DNA of 64,000 bases from assembly GCA_963827235.1 (NCBI GenBank), contig CAWHAE010000010.1, forward strand, positions 160,001-224,000, read 5' to 3'. Shown here in pieces: positions 1 to 9,357 of the stretch. A program made the translations under genes and the position numbers. Positions within the stretch are counted from its first letter, which is position 1, and each line of letters opens with the position of its first letter. Source of the DNA: an uncultured bacterium (GTDB lineage Bacteria > Chloroflexota > UBA5177 > JANWHV01). The notes under the pieces were generated by a model, which was given only the letters and a program-made list of their open reading frames with translations, was not told where the DNA came from and searched no databases.

Positions 1-23
1 CTGTTCGTCGCCATCTCGTTCAT
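1..23 (-). CDS. Start of next operon gene (probably second ABC permease), runs off window
   Basis: ATG at 23 overlaps the TGA (20-22) of the upstream permease (ATGA coupling); reads MNEMATN. Product inferred from operon position only. Confidence 0.45.
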
Positions 24-939
24 TCCCCTTGCAGCAGGTGCGAGAATCGCACGATCAACCCGGAGAGAATGAAAGACAGGACGAACAGCAGGACGGCAAT
101 GGTCGAACCGTAACCCACATTCTGGTCCAGGAATGCTGAGCGGTAGACATACATGGCGAGCGTATAGGACGAGTTGCCGGACCGCCGCCAGTCATCACGT
201 AGACGAGGTCGAAGTACACGAGCGAGCCCGTCAGAATCAGAACCGACGCGGTAATCACGGTGCGCCGAAGCAGCGGCAGCGTGATCCACCAGAACCGCGC
301 CCAGCCACTGGCGCCGTCGATTGACGCCGAATCGTACAACTCCGAGGGAATGGCCATGAGACCGGCATTGAAGAGCAGCATGTAGAGCGGGATGTACTGC
401 CAGAGGATGACGACGGTCACGGCCCAGATGGCCCAGTTGGCGTCACCGAGCATGCCGGGCGCCTGCTGCCCGAAGGCGTTGAAGATGTAGTAGAGCGGGC
501 CGAACTGTGGATTGTAGAGGAAGCTCCACGTGATGCCGATTGCCACGGAGGACATCAACAGCGGCAGGATGAAGATGCTCGAGAGAGCAGAGCCCAAACG
601 CCCTAGCCGTTTCACGAGCAGTGCCAACGCCAGGCCGGCCGGAATCTCGACGGCGAAGGAGGCCGCAAGAATGACCAGCGTGTTGCGTAGGGAGCTGAGC
701 ACGTTGTCGTCGTGGAGCAGCTGCCGCCAGTTGTCGAGCCCGACAAACTTGCTTGCCCCTATCCCGTTCCAGTCGAGCAGCGAATACCACACCGATGTGA
801 CGACAGGATACAGAGTGTAGAGGCTATAGAGCACAAGCGCCGGCGCCACGAACAGGAAGACAACACCTAACCGCTTCCGAGCGCGGGAGGACAGGATCTC
901 GGCGCTTTGAGAAAGGGCGGCTCGGGACTGAGAGTTCAT
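20..939 (-). CDS. Carbohydrate ABC transporter permease (one frameshift near 180)
   Basis: Multi-TM protein with EAA-like loop ELYDSASIDGAS. The conserved C-terminus (SSYTLAMYVYRSAF...GYGSTIAVLLF) is in ORF 20..289; adding one G at CCG-GGC restores GGPGNSSY. Confidence 0.9.
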
Positions 940-953
940 GCGACATCCGGTGG

Positions 954-986
954 GCAGGGGCCTGCGGCCGAGGCGCAGACCCCTGC
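954..986 (-). terminator. Intercistronic hairpin after the solute-binding protein gene
   Basis: GCAGGGG-c-CTGCG ... CGCAG-a-CCCCTGC inverted repeat between SBP and permease genes. Confidence 0.5.
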
Positions 987-1001
987 TGCTAGGCGATCAA
1001 C

Positions 1002-2351
1002 TCAATGATTGGCGGCGAAGTACGCCGTGGTGTCCGCCTGCATCTGCGAGGCAAACTGCTGCGGGGTGATCGCCAACGCGAACAGCTTGCCCGTGAAATC
1101 CAGAAAGTCGTTGGCCAACTGCGCGGGCAGCAGCTGATCTAGGGCCAGCTGGTAGCTTGGCGCCTTGGCCAGGAGCGACACCTGCGCCTTGACCAGCGGA
1201 TCGGTGACCTTGCTGGTATCCAGGTTCTGCACCGGCGGCACCTCGGCCTGGGAGAGAAGCCAGCTCGCCATCGGTGGGTTCTCGGTGGTCTTCAGGAACT
1301 CGATTGCAGCCGCCTTGTTGCTGCTGGTCGAACTGAGCGAGTAGTAGTTCGCTGGCACGCCGATGATGTCGTTGGCGTTGCCCTTTCCACCCGGCACCGC
1401 GGGCACCGAGACGAAGCCGAGGTTGGGCAGGAACGTGGGCGCGAAGCTGTCGACGTCGCCGATCTCCCACACGCCCATGAACATCATGGCCGCTCGGCCG
1501 TGCCAGAGCAACTGCTCTCCATCGTGCGTGTCCCAGTTGTACGAGGCAAAGCCGTTTTGGAAGGCGTTCTCCTTCACCAGGTTCTGCGCCATCGTAAAGG
1601 CATCGATCCACGGTTTGCTATTGAACGTCGCGCCCGGCTGGCGCAGGGCGATGTCGTCCAGCGCCGCGCTGCCGCCGATGCGGTCGGCCAGGTACTGCAG
1701 CACAATCATTTCAGGCCACTCGGTCTTGCCGTCCACCGCGAACGGAATGATGTTGTGGCTCTTGAGTGTCTTGATCGCCTGCTCGAGCTGCGGCCAGGTG
1801 GTGGGTACCGCGATGTTGTACTGCTTGAAAATCGCCTTGTTGTAGAAAAGGACCTCGGGTGTCGTCGCGTTGTAGGGCACTCCGTAGACATGTCCACCGA
1901 AAGTGACCGGACCCAAGACCGATGGCGTGTAGCGGCTCTTCCAGGCAGGATCGGCGTTCATGGCGCCCGTCAGGTCTTCCACGTCGCCGGCATCGATATA
2001 GCTTTTCAGGATACCGCCGCCCCAGCCCATGAAGATATCCGGGCCCTTGTGCGCGCCCATGACAATAGAGAGCTTAGCCTTGTAGGGATCGTTCTGCATG
2101 AACTGATACTGCACGTTGATGTCGGGGTGAGCCTTGTTGAATGCGGCGGCCTGAGCCTTGAGCTGGGCCTGCACCAGACCGACCTGAATGTCCCACACGG
2201 TAACCGTGACCGGGGCTGCCGAACGCGCGGCGTGCACGCGAGTCGTCACCGGCGAGATGGCGAGGGAACCGATCAGCAGAGCGGCGAGGGCTACGGTGTG
2301 TACCGCGCGCGGCCAGCGCACCGGGAGAAAGCGAGCGGCAGTGCTAGGCAT
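1002..2351 (-). CDS. Sugar ABC transporter substrate-binding protein
   Basis: Signal peptide, PDIFMGWGG, YGVPY, LFYNK, PTTW motifs of SBP family 1; strong RBS AGGAGGAG. Confidence 0.92.
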   Translation of the reverse strand: MPSTAARFLPVRWPRAVHTVALAALLIGSLAISPVTTRVHAARSAAPVTVTVWDIQVGLVQAQLKAQAAAFNKAHPDINVQYQFMQNDPYKAKLSIVMGAHKGPDIFMGWGGGILKSYIDAGDVEDLTGAMNADPAWKSRYTPSVLGPVTFGGHVYGVPYNATTPEVLFYNKAIFKQYNIAVPTTWPQLEQAIKTLKSHNIIPFAVDGKTEWPEMIVLQYLADRIGGSAALDDIALRQPGATFNSKPWIDAFTMAQNLVKENAFQNGFASYNWDTHDGEQLLWHGRAAMMFMGVWEIGDVDSFAPTFLPNLGFVSVPAVPGGKGNANDIIGVPANYYSLSSTSSNKAAAIEFLKTTENPPMASWLLSQAEVPPVQNLDTSKVTDPLVKAQVSLLAKAPSYQLALDQLLPAQLANDFLDFTGKLFALAITPQQFASQMQADTTAYFAANH

Positions 2352-2492
2352 AGGTACTCCTCCTCCTGACCCAATAAGAGCGTGAAGCGAAATGCGAGTG
2401 TTCGATACGGCGGGACTCGGTACAGGTGCTATTCGATGCCTGTCACCTCCCTACGCCGACGGCTCCACGCCGGCAGCTCTATCGCGTGCCGA

Positions 2493-3551
2493 TCACCGCT
2501 CTGCACGAGGCGGAGCACATGACTCGCGTACGACAAGCTCGGTGGCCAGCTCAACGCGATTGCTCGCCAATGGCTTGCCTTCGATCAGCTGGAGCAGCAT
2601 GGTCGCTGCAAAGGTGCCCATCTCTGCCAGGGGCTGGCGTATGGTGGTCAACGACGGAATGACCCACGATGCAATCTCCACGTCGTCGAAGCCAACCACG
2701 CTCACTTCGGCCGGCACCGAGACGCCCCGATCGTGCAGCGCCTTGAGGGCTGCCACCGCCATGACGTCGTTGGCCGCGAATATGGCCGTCGGCGGCGTGG
2801 GTAGCTCGAGGAGCGCGCAGGTCGCGCGGTAGCCGGACGCGTATTCGAAATCGCCTTCTCGGTAGAGGTCCGGATCGAATGCTGTGCCTGCTGCTTCGAG
2901 CGCATCGCGGTAACCGGACAGTCGCTCACGGCTGCAACCCAGAGCCGGTATGCCGCCGATCATGCCGATACGCCCGTGACCGAGCGAGAGCAGATGTTCC
3001 GTTGCCATGCGACCGCCGGCGAAGTTCGTTGCGCCGACCGAGGGCATGTCCGGACCAAGCTCGCCGCGATGATCGACGACGACAAACGGAATATTGCGCT
3101 GGCGGAGCCGAGCGAAGTGCGCGGCGCGCGCATCGGTAAGCATCAGAATGGCGCCGTCGGTCGAGCCCTCCAGCACCTTGGCCAGCCATTGCCGCTCGCG
3201 CTGTGACTGGCCATGCGTGGCGGAGAGCACCATACGATAGCCCGTCGGCTCCAGGTACTCTTCCACGCCGCGAATGAGCTTCAGGTGGTACGAGTTGTCG
3301 AGCGAGACGTCCACCAGGTCGATGAGGCCGCTACGGCCTCGCCGCAGCGCGGCAGCAGCGCGATTGCGCATGTAGCCGCGCTCGGCCACGAGTTGCCGGA
3401 TGCGCTCGCGCGTGGCCGGTGCCACGTCGGGCCGTCCGTTGAGCACGCGTGAGACGGTCATGGCCGAGACGCCCGCGGCTCTGGCTATCTCCTCGACGGT
3501 GAGGGCTGACTCGCTCGCATCGGACTCGCTCATAGTTGCTGTTGCTCTCAT
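2493..3551 (-). CDS. LacI family transcriptional regulator
   Basis: N-terminal HTH (TVEEIARAAGVSAMTVSRVLN), VVGFDD, LTTIRQP, LVVRES. Confidence 0.95.
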   Translation of the reverse strand: MRATATMSESDASESALTVEEIARAAGVSAMTVSRVLNGRPDVAPATRERIRQLVAERGYMRNRAAAALRRGRSGLIDLVDVSLDNSYHLKLIRGVEEYLEPTGYRMVLSATHGQSQRERQWLAKVLEGSTDGAILMLTDARAAHFARLRQRNIPFVVVDHRGELGPDMPSVGATNFAGGRMATEHLLSLGHGRIGMIGGIPALGCSRERLSGYRDALEAAGTAFDPDLYREGDFEYASGYRATCALLELPTPPTAIFAANDVMAVAALKALHDRGVSVPAEVSVVGFDDVEIASWVIPSLTTIRQPLAEMGTFAATMLLQLIEGKPLASNRVELATELVVRESCAPPRAER

Positions 3552-3573
3552 GCCACAGGTAGTGTTAGCATAC

Positions 3574-3587
3574 CGTTAACGTTAACG
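3574..3587. promoter_or_regulatory. LacI-type operator CGTTAACGTTAACG
   Basis: Perfect 14-bp palindrome with central CG, between divergent lacI and GH3 genes. Confidence 0.75.
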
Positions 3588-3597
3588 ACCTGCATCA

Positions 3598-3627
3598 ACC
3601 TTACACCGTCGCCGCTTTGAGTGTCAA
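3598..3627 (-). promoter_or_regulatory. Sigma70-type promoter for lacI-ABC operon
   Basis: TTGACA (3627-3622), 18 bp spacer, TAAGGT (3603-3598); operator lies just downstream. Confidence 0.55.
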
Positions 3628-3665
3628 GGCTTTGCGGCAAATAGAAGTCGGAGGAGATTTGCGCT

Positions 3666-6020
3666 GTGAACCTGCCACGCTACCGCGACCCGGCTGCCTC
3701 GATCGAAGAGCGCGTCGATGATCTGCTGTCCGCCATGACGCTGGATGAGAAGATCGCCCAACTGGCCTGCCTGTGGAGTCCGGCCTTCGTGCGCGAAGGC
3801 TCGTTTGACGCCGATTTCGCCGCCGCGCAGATGCCGCACGGCATCGGCCAGGTGACGCGCATCGGCGCGGCCACTGGTCTCCGCCCGCGCGAGAGCGCCG
3901 CCTTCATGAATGCCATTCAGCGCGTTGCGGTGGAACGCACGCGCCTCGGCATTCCTATCTTCGTGCATGAAGAGTCGACCGGAGGCTACTGCGCGCGCGA
4001 CGCCACAGTCTTCCCGCAGGGACTCGGCCTTGCCGCCACCTGGGACCCCGTCCTCGTCGGTGAGGTTGCCGGCGTGATACGCGAGCAGTTGCGAGCGGTC
4101 GGTGCACGTCTGGCGCTGGCGCCGGTGATGGACGTCGCCCGCGACCCGCGCTGGGGCCGCGTGGAGGAGACCTACGGCGAGGACCCGGTGCTGGCCGGTG
4201 CTCTCGCCGTCGCCTACGTGCGCAGCCTTCAGACAGACGATGTCTCACACGGCGTCATCGCCACGGGCAAGCACTTCCTCGGCTACGCGCTTTCGGAAGG
4301 CGGCAGGAACTGGGCTCCGGTGCAGCTGGGACCGCGCGAGCTGCGCGAGGTCTATGCCGAGCCATTCGCCGCGGCAGTTCGCGATGGCGGCATTGCGGCG
4401 ATGATGAACTCCTATGCCTCTGTCGACGGCATGCCCTGCTGCGCCAGCCGCGCAATCTTCACCGACCTCTTACGGGACGAGTTAGGCTTCGACGGCGGCG
4501 TGGTCTCAGACTACGTGGCCATCCCAGCGCTGCAGTCCTACCACCGCGTGGCCGCCTCGGCCGGCGAGGCGGCACGCCTGGCCTTGACCGCCGGCATCGA
4601 CATGGAGCTGCCGACCCAGGAATGCTACGGTGGTCCACTCAAAGCCGAGGTCGAGGCCGGCCGGCTCTCCGTCGAGCTGGTCGATGTGGCGGTGCGCCGC
4701 GTGTTGCGGCTGAAGTTCCGTCTGGGTCTTTTCGAGCAGCCCTACGTCGACGCCGAGGCCGCTCCCTCCGTCTTCGACACCCTTGCCCAACGCGCGCTGG
4801 CCCGGACCGCGGCGGCTGAATCCGTGGTACTGCTCGCCAACGACGGCGTGCTGCCGCTGGCTCCGACCGTGCGCCGCCTGGCCGTGATCGGGCCGGGCGC
4901 CGACGACCCACGGCTGCTGCAGGGCGACTATCACTATCCGGCCCACGTCGAGATCGTCTGCGACGTACCGCAAGGCCTGATCGACTCGTCGGTGCCGCCG
5001 CGCGCCGGCGGCGACTACGCACCAGGCTCCTACTATACGCCGCACGTCACGCCGCTGGTCGGGCTGAAGGCAGCGCTGGGCGATCAGGCGGAGATTCTGC
5101 ATGCCAGAGGCTGCGATGTGCTGGGTGTCGATCGTTCGGGCTTCGACGAAGCCGTAGCTGCCGCCCGCTCTGCCGAGGTGACCATCGCCGTTGTCGCCGG
5201 CAAGAGCGGTCTGAAACGACCGGCGACGGTTGGCGAGTTCAACGACGCCGCCAATCTCGATCTGACAGGTGTGCAGCAGGAGTTACTGGATGCGCTGGCA
5301 CGCACCGGCACTCCGCTGGTGGTGGTCGTGCTCAGCGGGCGGATCCACACGCTCGCCCGGGTGGCGGCGTGCGCCAACGCGCTGCTCTATCTCTGCCCGC
5401 CCGGGGAGGAAGGCGGTAACGGCCTGAGCGGTGTGCTTACCGGCGCCGTCAATCCCAGTGGCCGGCTCCCGGTCACGCTGCCCCGCAGCGTCGGCCAGGT
5501 GCCGATCTATGCGGGTCACCGCGCCGGCGGCGACCGAGTGATGATGCTGGGCGACTACGTGGACTCCCCCACCACGCCGCTCTTCCCCTTTGGGCATGGT
5601 CTGAGTTACACGTCGTTCTCCTATGCCGACTTCGCCGTACGTCCCGGCAGCACCACCCAACCTACCGAGATTGCCGTAACCGTCCGCAACAGCGGCGCGC
5701 GCGCCGGAACCGAGGTGGTACAGCTTTACGTTCGCGACGAGGTGGCCTCGGTGGCGCGTCCCGACCGCATGTTGATTGGCTTTGCGCGTCTGCCGCTCGA
5801 GCCGGGACAGGCGTGCCGGCTGGCCTTCACGGTCCATCCCTCGCGCCTGGCCTTCTTCGATCCACTGATGCGCTTCGTAGTCGAGCCCGGCGAGTTCACC
5901 TTCAGCGTCGGCGCCTCCGCCACTGATATTCGGGCCATGCACACGGTACCCATCGAGGGCGAGGAAGCGCTGCATCGGCAGCGGGATATTGTGGCCACCA
6001 CCACTCGCGTACTGGAGTAG
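3666..6020 (+). CDS. GH3 beta-glucosidase/beta-xylosidase, cytoplasmic
   Basis: MTLDEKIAQL, RDPRWGRVEETYGEDP, KHF, VVSDY nucleophile, PFGHGLSYT, C-terminal Fn3-like domain; no signal peptide. Confidence 0.95.
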   Translation: MNLPRYRDPAASIEERVDDLLSAMTLDEKIAQLACLWSPAFVREGSFDADFAAAQMPHGIGQVTRIGAATGLRPRESAAFMNAIQRVAVERTRLGIPIFVHEESTGGYCARDATVFPQGLGLAATWDPVLVGEVAGVIREQLRAVGARLALAPVMDVARDPRWGRVEETYGEDPVLAGALAVAYVRSLQTDDVSHGVIATGKHFLGYALSEGGRNWAPVQLGPRELREVYAEPFAAAVRDGGIAAMMNSYASVDGMPCCASRAIFTDLLRDELGFDGGVVSDYVAIPALQSYHRVAASAGEAARLALTAGIDMELPTQECYGGPLKAEVEAGRLSVELVDVAVRRVLRLKFRLGLFEQPYVDAEAAPSVFDTLAQRALARTAAAESVVLLANDGVLPLAPTVRRLAVIGPGADDPRLLQGDYHYPAHVEIVCDVPQGLIDSSVPPRAGGDYAPGSYYTPHVTPLVGLKAALGDQAEILHARGCDVLGVDRSGFDEAVAAARSAEVTIAVVAGKSGLKRPATVGEFNDAANLDLTGVQQELLDALARTGTPLVVVVLSGRIHTLARVAACANALLYLCPPGEEGGNGLSGVLTGAVNPSGRLPVTLPRSVGQVPIYAGHRAGGDRVMMLGDYVDSPTTPLFPFGHGLSYTSFSYADFAVRPGSTTQPTEIAVTVRNSGARAGTEVVQLYVRDEVASVARPDRMLIGFARLPLEPGQACRLAFTVHPSRLAFFDPLMRFVVEPGEFTFSVGASATDIRAMHTVPIEGEEALHRQRDIVATTTRVLE

Positions 6021-6575
6021 TCTCGACCACAATTCAGGGTCGGAGTACTTTGGCAGAATGCTGTCGTCTGGATCGCAGGCTACACTCCGGGACTGTGAAA
6101 CCTAGGTGTAGCAGCACAGCCAATCCCTGACTTACGGCGCATGATGAAGCCGCCTACAAGGCAACCGTGGCGCACATGCCAGACACGAAGCCTCAAGCGA
6201 GGGCAGATGAGCCACGCGGCAGCGGCACAGAGCAGACAGTCGTCAGAATGATCGACTTTCGCTCCTCGCATGCGCGTGTTTCGCACGCAGCCAAGTGGCG
6301 GCCCGGGCACCTGCAAGCACTGGCCCGACTAGCAGGCTGATGCATAGAGATACAGCTGCCGGCCTGAGCCTCAAAGCGCCTGCTCGAGTAAGAAGGAGCG
6401 CTGCTGGCGGAATAGCAGCCAGGACCAGCAGCGATGGTCCACGCCGGGCACGGCCTCACGCCAATTCGAAAGCTTGACAACCGGCGTGCGCTCTGCCATA
6501 CAGACTAAAGGACTGACTACGCCTCTGGCGATACCCTCAGAATGTACCGATGCAACCAAGTAAGGTGGGGAAAGC

Positions 6576-7232
6576 ATGGATACCGCAGAGCGTATTGATC
6601 CGAAGAAGACGGTCTTGCTCGTTATCGACATGGAGAACGACTTCGTAGCACCCGGAGCACCATTTGAGGTACCAGCCGGGCGGGCCATGCTGCCCACCCT
6701 CACACGGGTCCTCGCCTGCTGCCGTGAGCGGGGCATTCGGGTCATCTACACGACCCATGCCCATCGGCGCGACGGGTCTGATATGGGCCTGCTCGCGCGC
6801 AACCCGCAGATCGCGCGAGGAGAGGCGCTGGCCGATGGTGAGCATGGCGTCGCGATCTATCCCGCAATTGCGCCCCAGGACCATGAGATCGTGATCAAGA
6901 AGCACCGCTATAGCGCTTTCTGTGGCACCGATTTGGATATGGTCCTGCGTGGTCTGGGGGTGAGGACGGTGGTGATTACGGGTGTCACCACGGAGAACTG
7001 TTGCCATGCCACCGCTCGCGATGCCTTCTTCCACAACTATGAGGTGGTGGTCCTCTCTGACGCCACGGCGACCGACGACTACCCAGACCTCGGCCAGGGG
7101 GCGATGTCCGCCGCCGAGGTCCATCGGGCCAGCTTGGTCATCCTCGCTGGGTCGACAGCCGACGTCATGACAGCAGACATGTTCATGAGCAGCATCGCCA
7201 CGACAGAACCTGATCCAGCCCTCGAAGGTTGA
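6576..7232 (+). CDS. Isochorismatase-family cysteine hydrolase
   Basis: LLVIDMEND, KHRYSAF, GVTTENCC (D-K-C triad). Confidence 0.92.
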   Translation: MDTAERIDPKKTVLLVIDMENDFVAPGAPFEVPAGRAMLPTLTRVLACCRERGIRVIYTTHAHRRDGSDMGLLARNPQIARGEALADGEHGVAIYPAIAPQDHEIVIKKHRYSAFCGTDLDMVLRGLGVRTVVITGVTTENCCHATARDAFFHNYEVVVLSDATATDDYPDLGQGAMSAAEVHRASLVILAGSTADVMTADMFMSSIATTEPDPALEG

Positions 7233-7670
7233 TCGGCCGGCGGGCGACGAGTGCGTGGAGGTTTGTTCTCCTGAGGAAGCCTGCTCCCTGACGAGTGCAA
7301 CATGTTCGAGCCCAAGCCATGTGCTCCGTGAGCAGGGTGCTGGCACCTAACCACGCTCGCACGCACTTTGGCGCGCCGGTGCCGGCGCGGCGTGGTCAAT
7401 TCAGGCAGATCACGGCAGTGTCATCGCTTGCCTTCCGCGCTTTTCCGGACCTGCCGCCTGTAGTCATGCTGTGCTGCCGGCACCTTCAGCGCAGAGTGTG
7501 ATAGCAACACAGCTATGCGATCTGGTAGAGTACAACCCGTTGGACGACCTGACCATGAGGCCGACCGTACATCCTCAGATCAACGTGCTGCGCGACGCCG
7601 GCGAAGGTGCCGGACGCACGTCGTTGGCCCGTGCGGTGCTTCGCCATCTCGAGGGAAGGACGTGCCCTGT

Positions 7671-8621
7671 ATGCCAACCCTGCGCCTTGACCACTTCATC
7701 ACGTTTACGGACGCTGCCGTCCTCGAGGACCATACCGCAAAGTACCGCGCCGCCGGCTTCAACGTACTGGAGCGGACGGCGCGCCATGCCGGTGGGCTGC
7801 GCACCGGCTTTGTCGCTTTCTGGCCCGAGTATATGGAGTTCGCCTGGGTTGAAGACCAGGAGCTCTTCGCGCAGGCGGATGGCAACTACCATCAGTGGCG
7901 GGCCGCCCTGCGGCCGTGGGGCATCGGCCTGGCCACGGACGACGTGCGGGGGCTGCACGACGAGTGGACCGCGCGCGGCTGCGACGTACCGGCTGTGGAG
8001 TCGACCATTCCGCGCGACGCCCCCGCCGATACGCCGCCGGTGTACAGCTTCCAGGAAGTGCCGGCCGATCTGCTGCCCGGCGCCCATTGCTTTGCCCTCA
8101 CATATCACCATCCCAGCATTGCCGCGGCGTCACGCAAGATCCGTCCTGGTTCGAACACCACCTATGCCATCGCCGGCGTGACCTTCGTCTGTGCCGCACC
8201 AGACGTCGACGCGGCGCGGTGGCGGGATCTCCTCGCCCCTGACGCTGCAGTGCGCCACGTGCAAGACGGGCGGGAGGTGGCCATTGGCCCGCATCTGGTC
8301 CAGTGGTGCACGCCCGATGGATACCGCGCACGCTATGGGCGCACCTGGCCTGGCTCACCGCACGAGTGGGGCAAGCTCGCCGTCCTGCACCTGTTGGCCA
8401 CTGATCTTGAGCTGGCGCGCCGCTCCCTTCAGGGAGCGGGCAGGCACGTCGCGCAGATCCGAATCAGCCAGCCTGACCGGGACGCGCTCCTCGTGTCACC
8501 GGATGAGCACGACGGCTTCGTGTTCGCCATCGAGGAGCGCCCGCTTGACGACTGGATCCGCGAACGCAACATGCTCACTGGGGAAACCCTGGTGCCTGAT
8601 GCAGGCGAGGCTCAGACCTGA
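7671..8621 (+). CDS. VOC/glyoxalase-like family protein
   Basis: Start MPTLRLDHF after AGGA; LDH...GF...H.G...YMEF pattern of glyoxalase-like proteins. Confidence 0.65.
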   Translation: MPTLRLDHFITFTDAAVLEDHTAKYRAAGFNVLERTARHAGGLRTGFVAFWPEYMEFAWVEDQELFAQADGNYHQWRAALRPWGIGLATDDVRGLHDEWTARGCDVPAVESTIPRDAPADTPPVYSFQEVPADLLPGAHCFALTYHHPSIAAASRKIRPGSNTTYAIAGVTFVCAAPDVDAARWRDLLAPDAAVRHVQDGREVAIGPHLVQWCTPDGYRARYGRTWPGSPHEWGKLAVLHLLATDLELARRSLQGAGRHVAQIRISQPDRDALLVSPDEHDGFVFAIEERPLDDWIRERNMLTGETLVPDAGEAQT

Positions 8622-8645
8622 CCCCGCCCACTGCGGAGGTGCGTC

Positions 8646-8690
8646 TTGAAGCTCCTGATCCTTGGCGGCACGGCGCATCTCGGCCGTCAC
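8646..8690 (+). pseudogene. 15-codon N-terminal scrap of an NAD-dependent epimerase
   Basis: GGAGG + TTG then (M)KLLILGGTAHLGRH, paralogous to MKLLILGGTVFVGRH at 23625; similarity stops abruptly. Confidence 0.6.
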
Positions 8691-8774
8691 AATGTGGCAA
8701 CGAAAAGCACGTAAAGCAGCCACCTTGGCATACCAGCATGCATGGATGCGGTGCGGGTCGGCGCTCAGGCCTAG

Positions 8775-9000
8775 CGGCGGCATGGCGTCAATCGCGCCCG
8801 TCAGGTCCGTATCGGCGGTGCCGACGTGGAGGCGGGGGCGCGGATAGCGCTCGCCGGTGATGGGGTGCACCCAGGTGGCGATGATCTCCCCCTCCGGGCA
8901 CGCTTGGGCGGCCTCGACCGCCGACCGGAGCACTCGATGGGGCGCATCCGGCCAACCCACCGAGAAGGCTTCGGTGTAGACGGTGTTCTCTGCCGTGCGG
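8775..9000 (-). pseudogene. C-terminal fragment of nitronate monooxygenase-like flavoprotein
   Basis: ENTVYTEAFSVGWPDAPHRVLRS...TGAIDAMP resembles NMO-family C-termini; no N-terminus present. Confidence 0.55.
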
Positions 9001-9172
9001 AAGCACACGCGGCCACGGTGCCCAGGAACACGGTCCAATGGCACGTCGCGCATGTGCTTGACAGTGCTGGCACCTGGATGCTCACCAACGGTCTAGCGGA
9101 CTCGACGCTATTGGCCTGCCGGCGCTCTAGCTGCTGTCTCCGCGAACCAGCCAGAGCCCGGAAGATCGACAT

Positions 9173-9279
9173 GCGCCCATTGCAGATGCCGTCTTCGTCG
9201 GTCGGCTAGCCGTCCGCAGCGTCCACGAGTCATTGCCCAGTACAGCTGCATGCTGCATGCCGATACACTGCCGCTCCCG
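9173..9279 (+). repeat. 107-bp direct repeat, copy 1
   Basis: Matches 33707-33813 with 4 substitutions by manual alignment. Confidence 0.93.
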
Positions 9280-9357
9280 CTGAGCCCGCGCGCGCTCAGT
9301 CCTGCCCGCTCCGCCAACTCTTCCTGCGTCAACCCGGCCAAGGTGCGGAAGCGGCGC
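9280..9357 (-). pseudogene. Truncated XRE-type HTH fragment
   Basis: RRFRTLAGLTQEELAERAGLSARGLS; similarity ends at the 107-bp repeat. Confidence 0.7.

Noticed and set aside
6021-6575. Hairpin GCTACAC...GTGTAGC and long leader as possible riboswitch
   Set aside because: No recognisable riboswitch consensus; needs an Rfam search.
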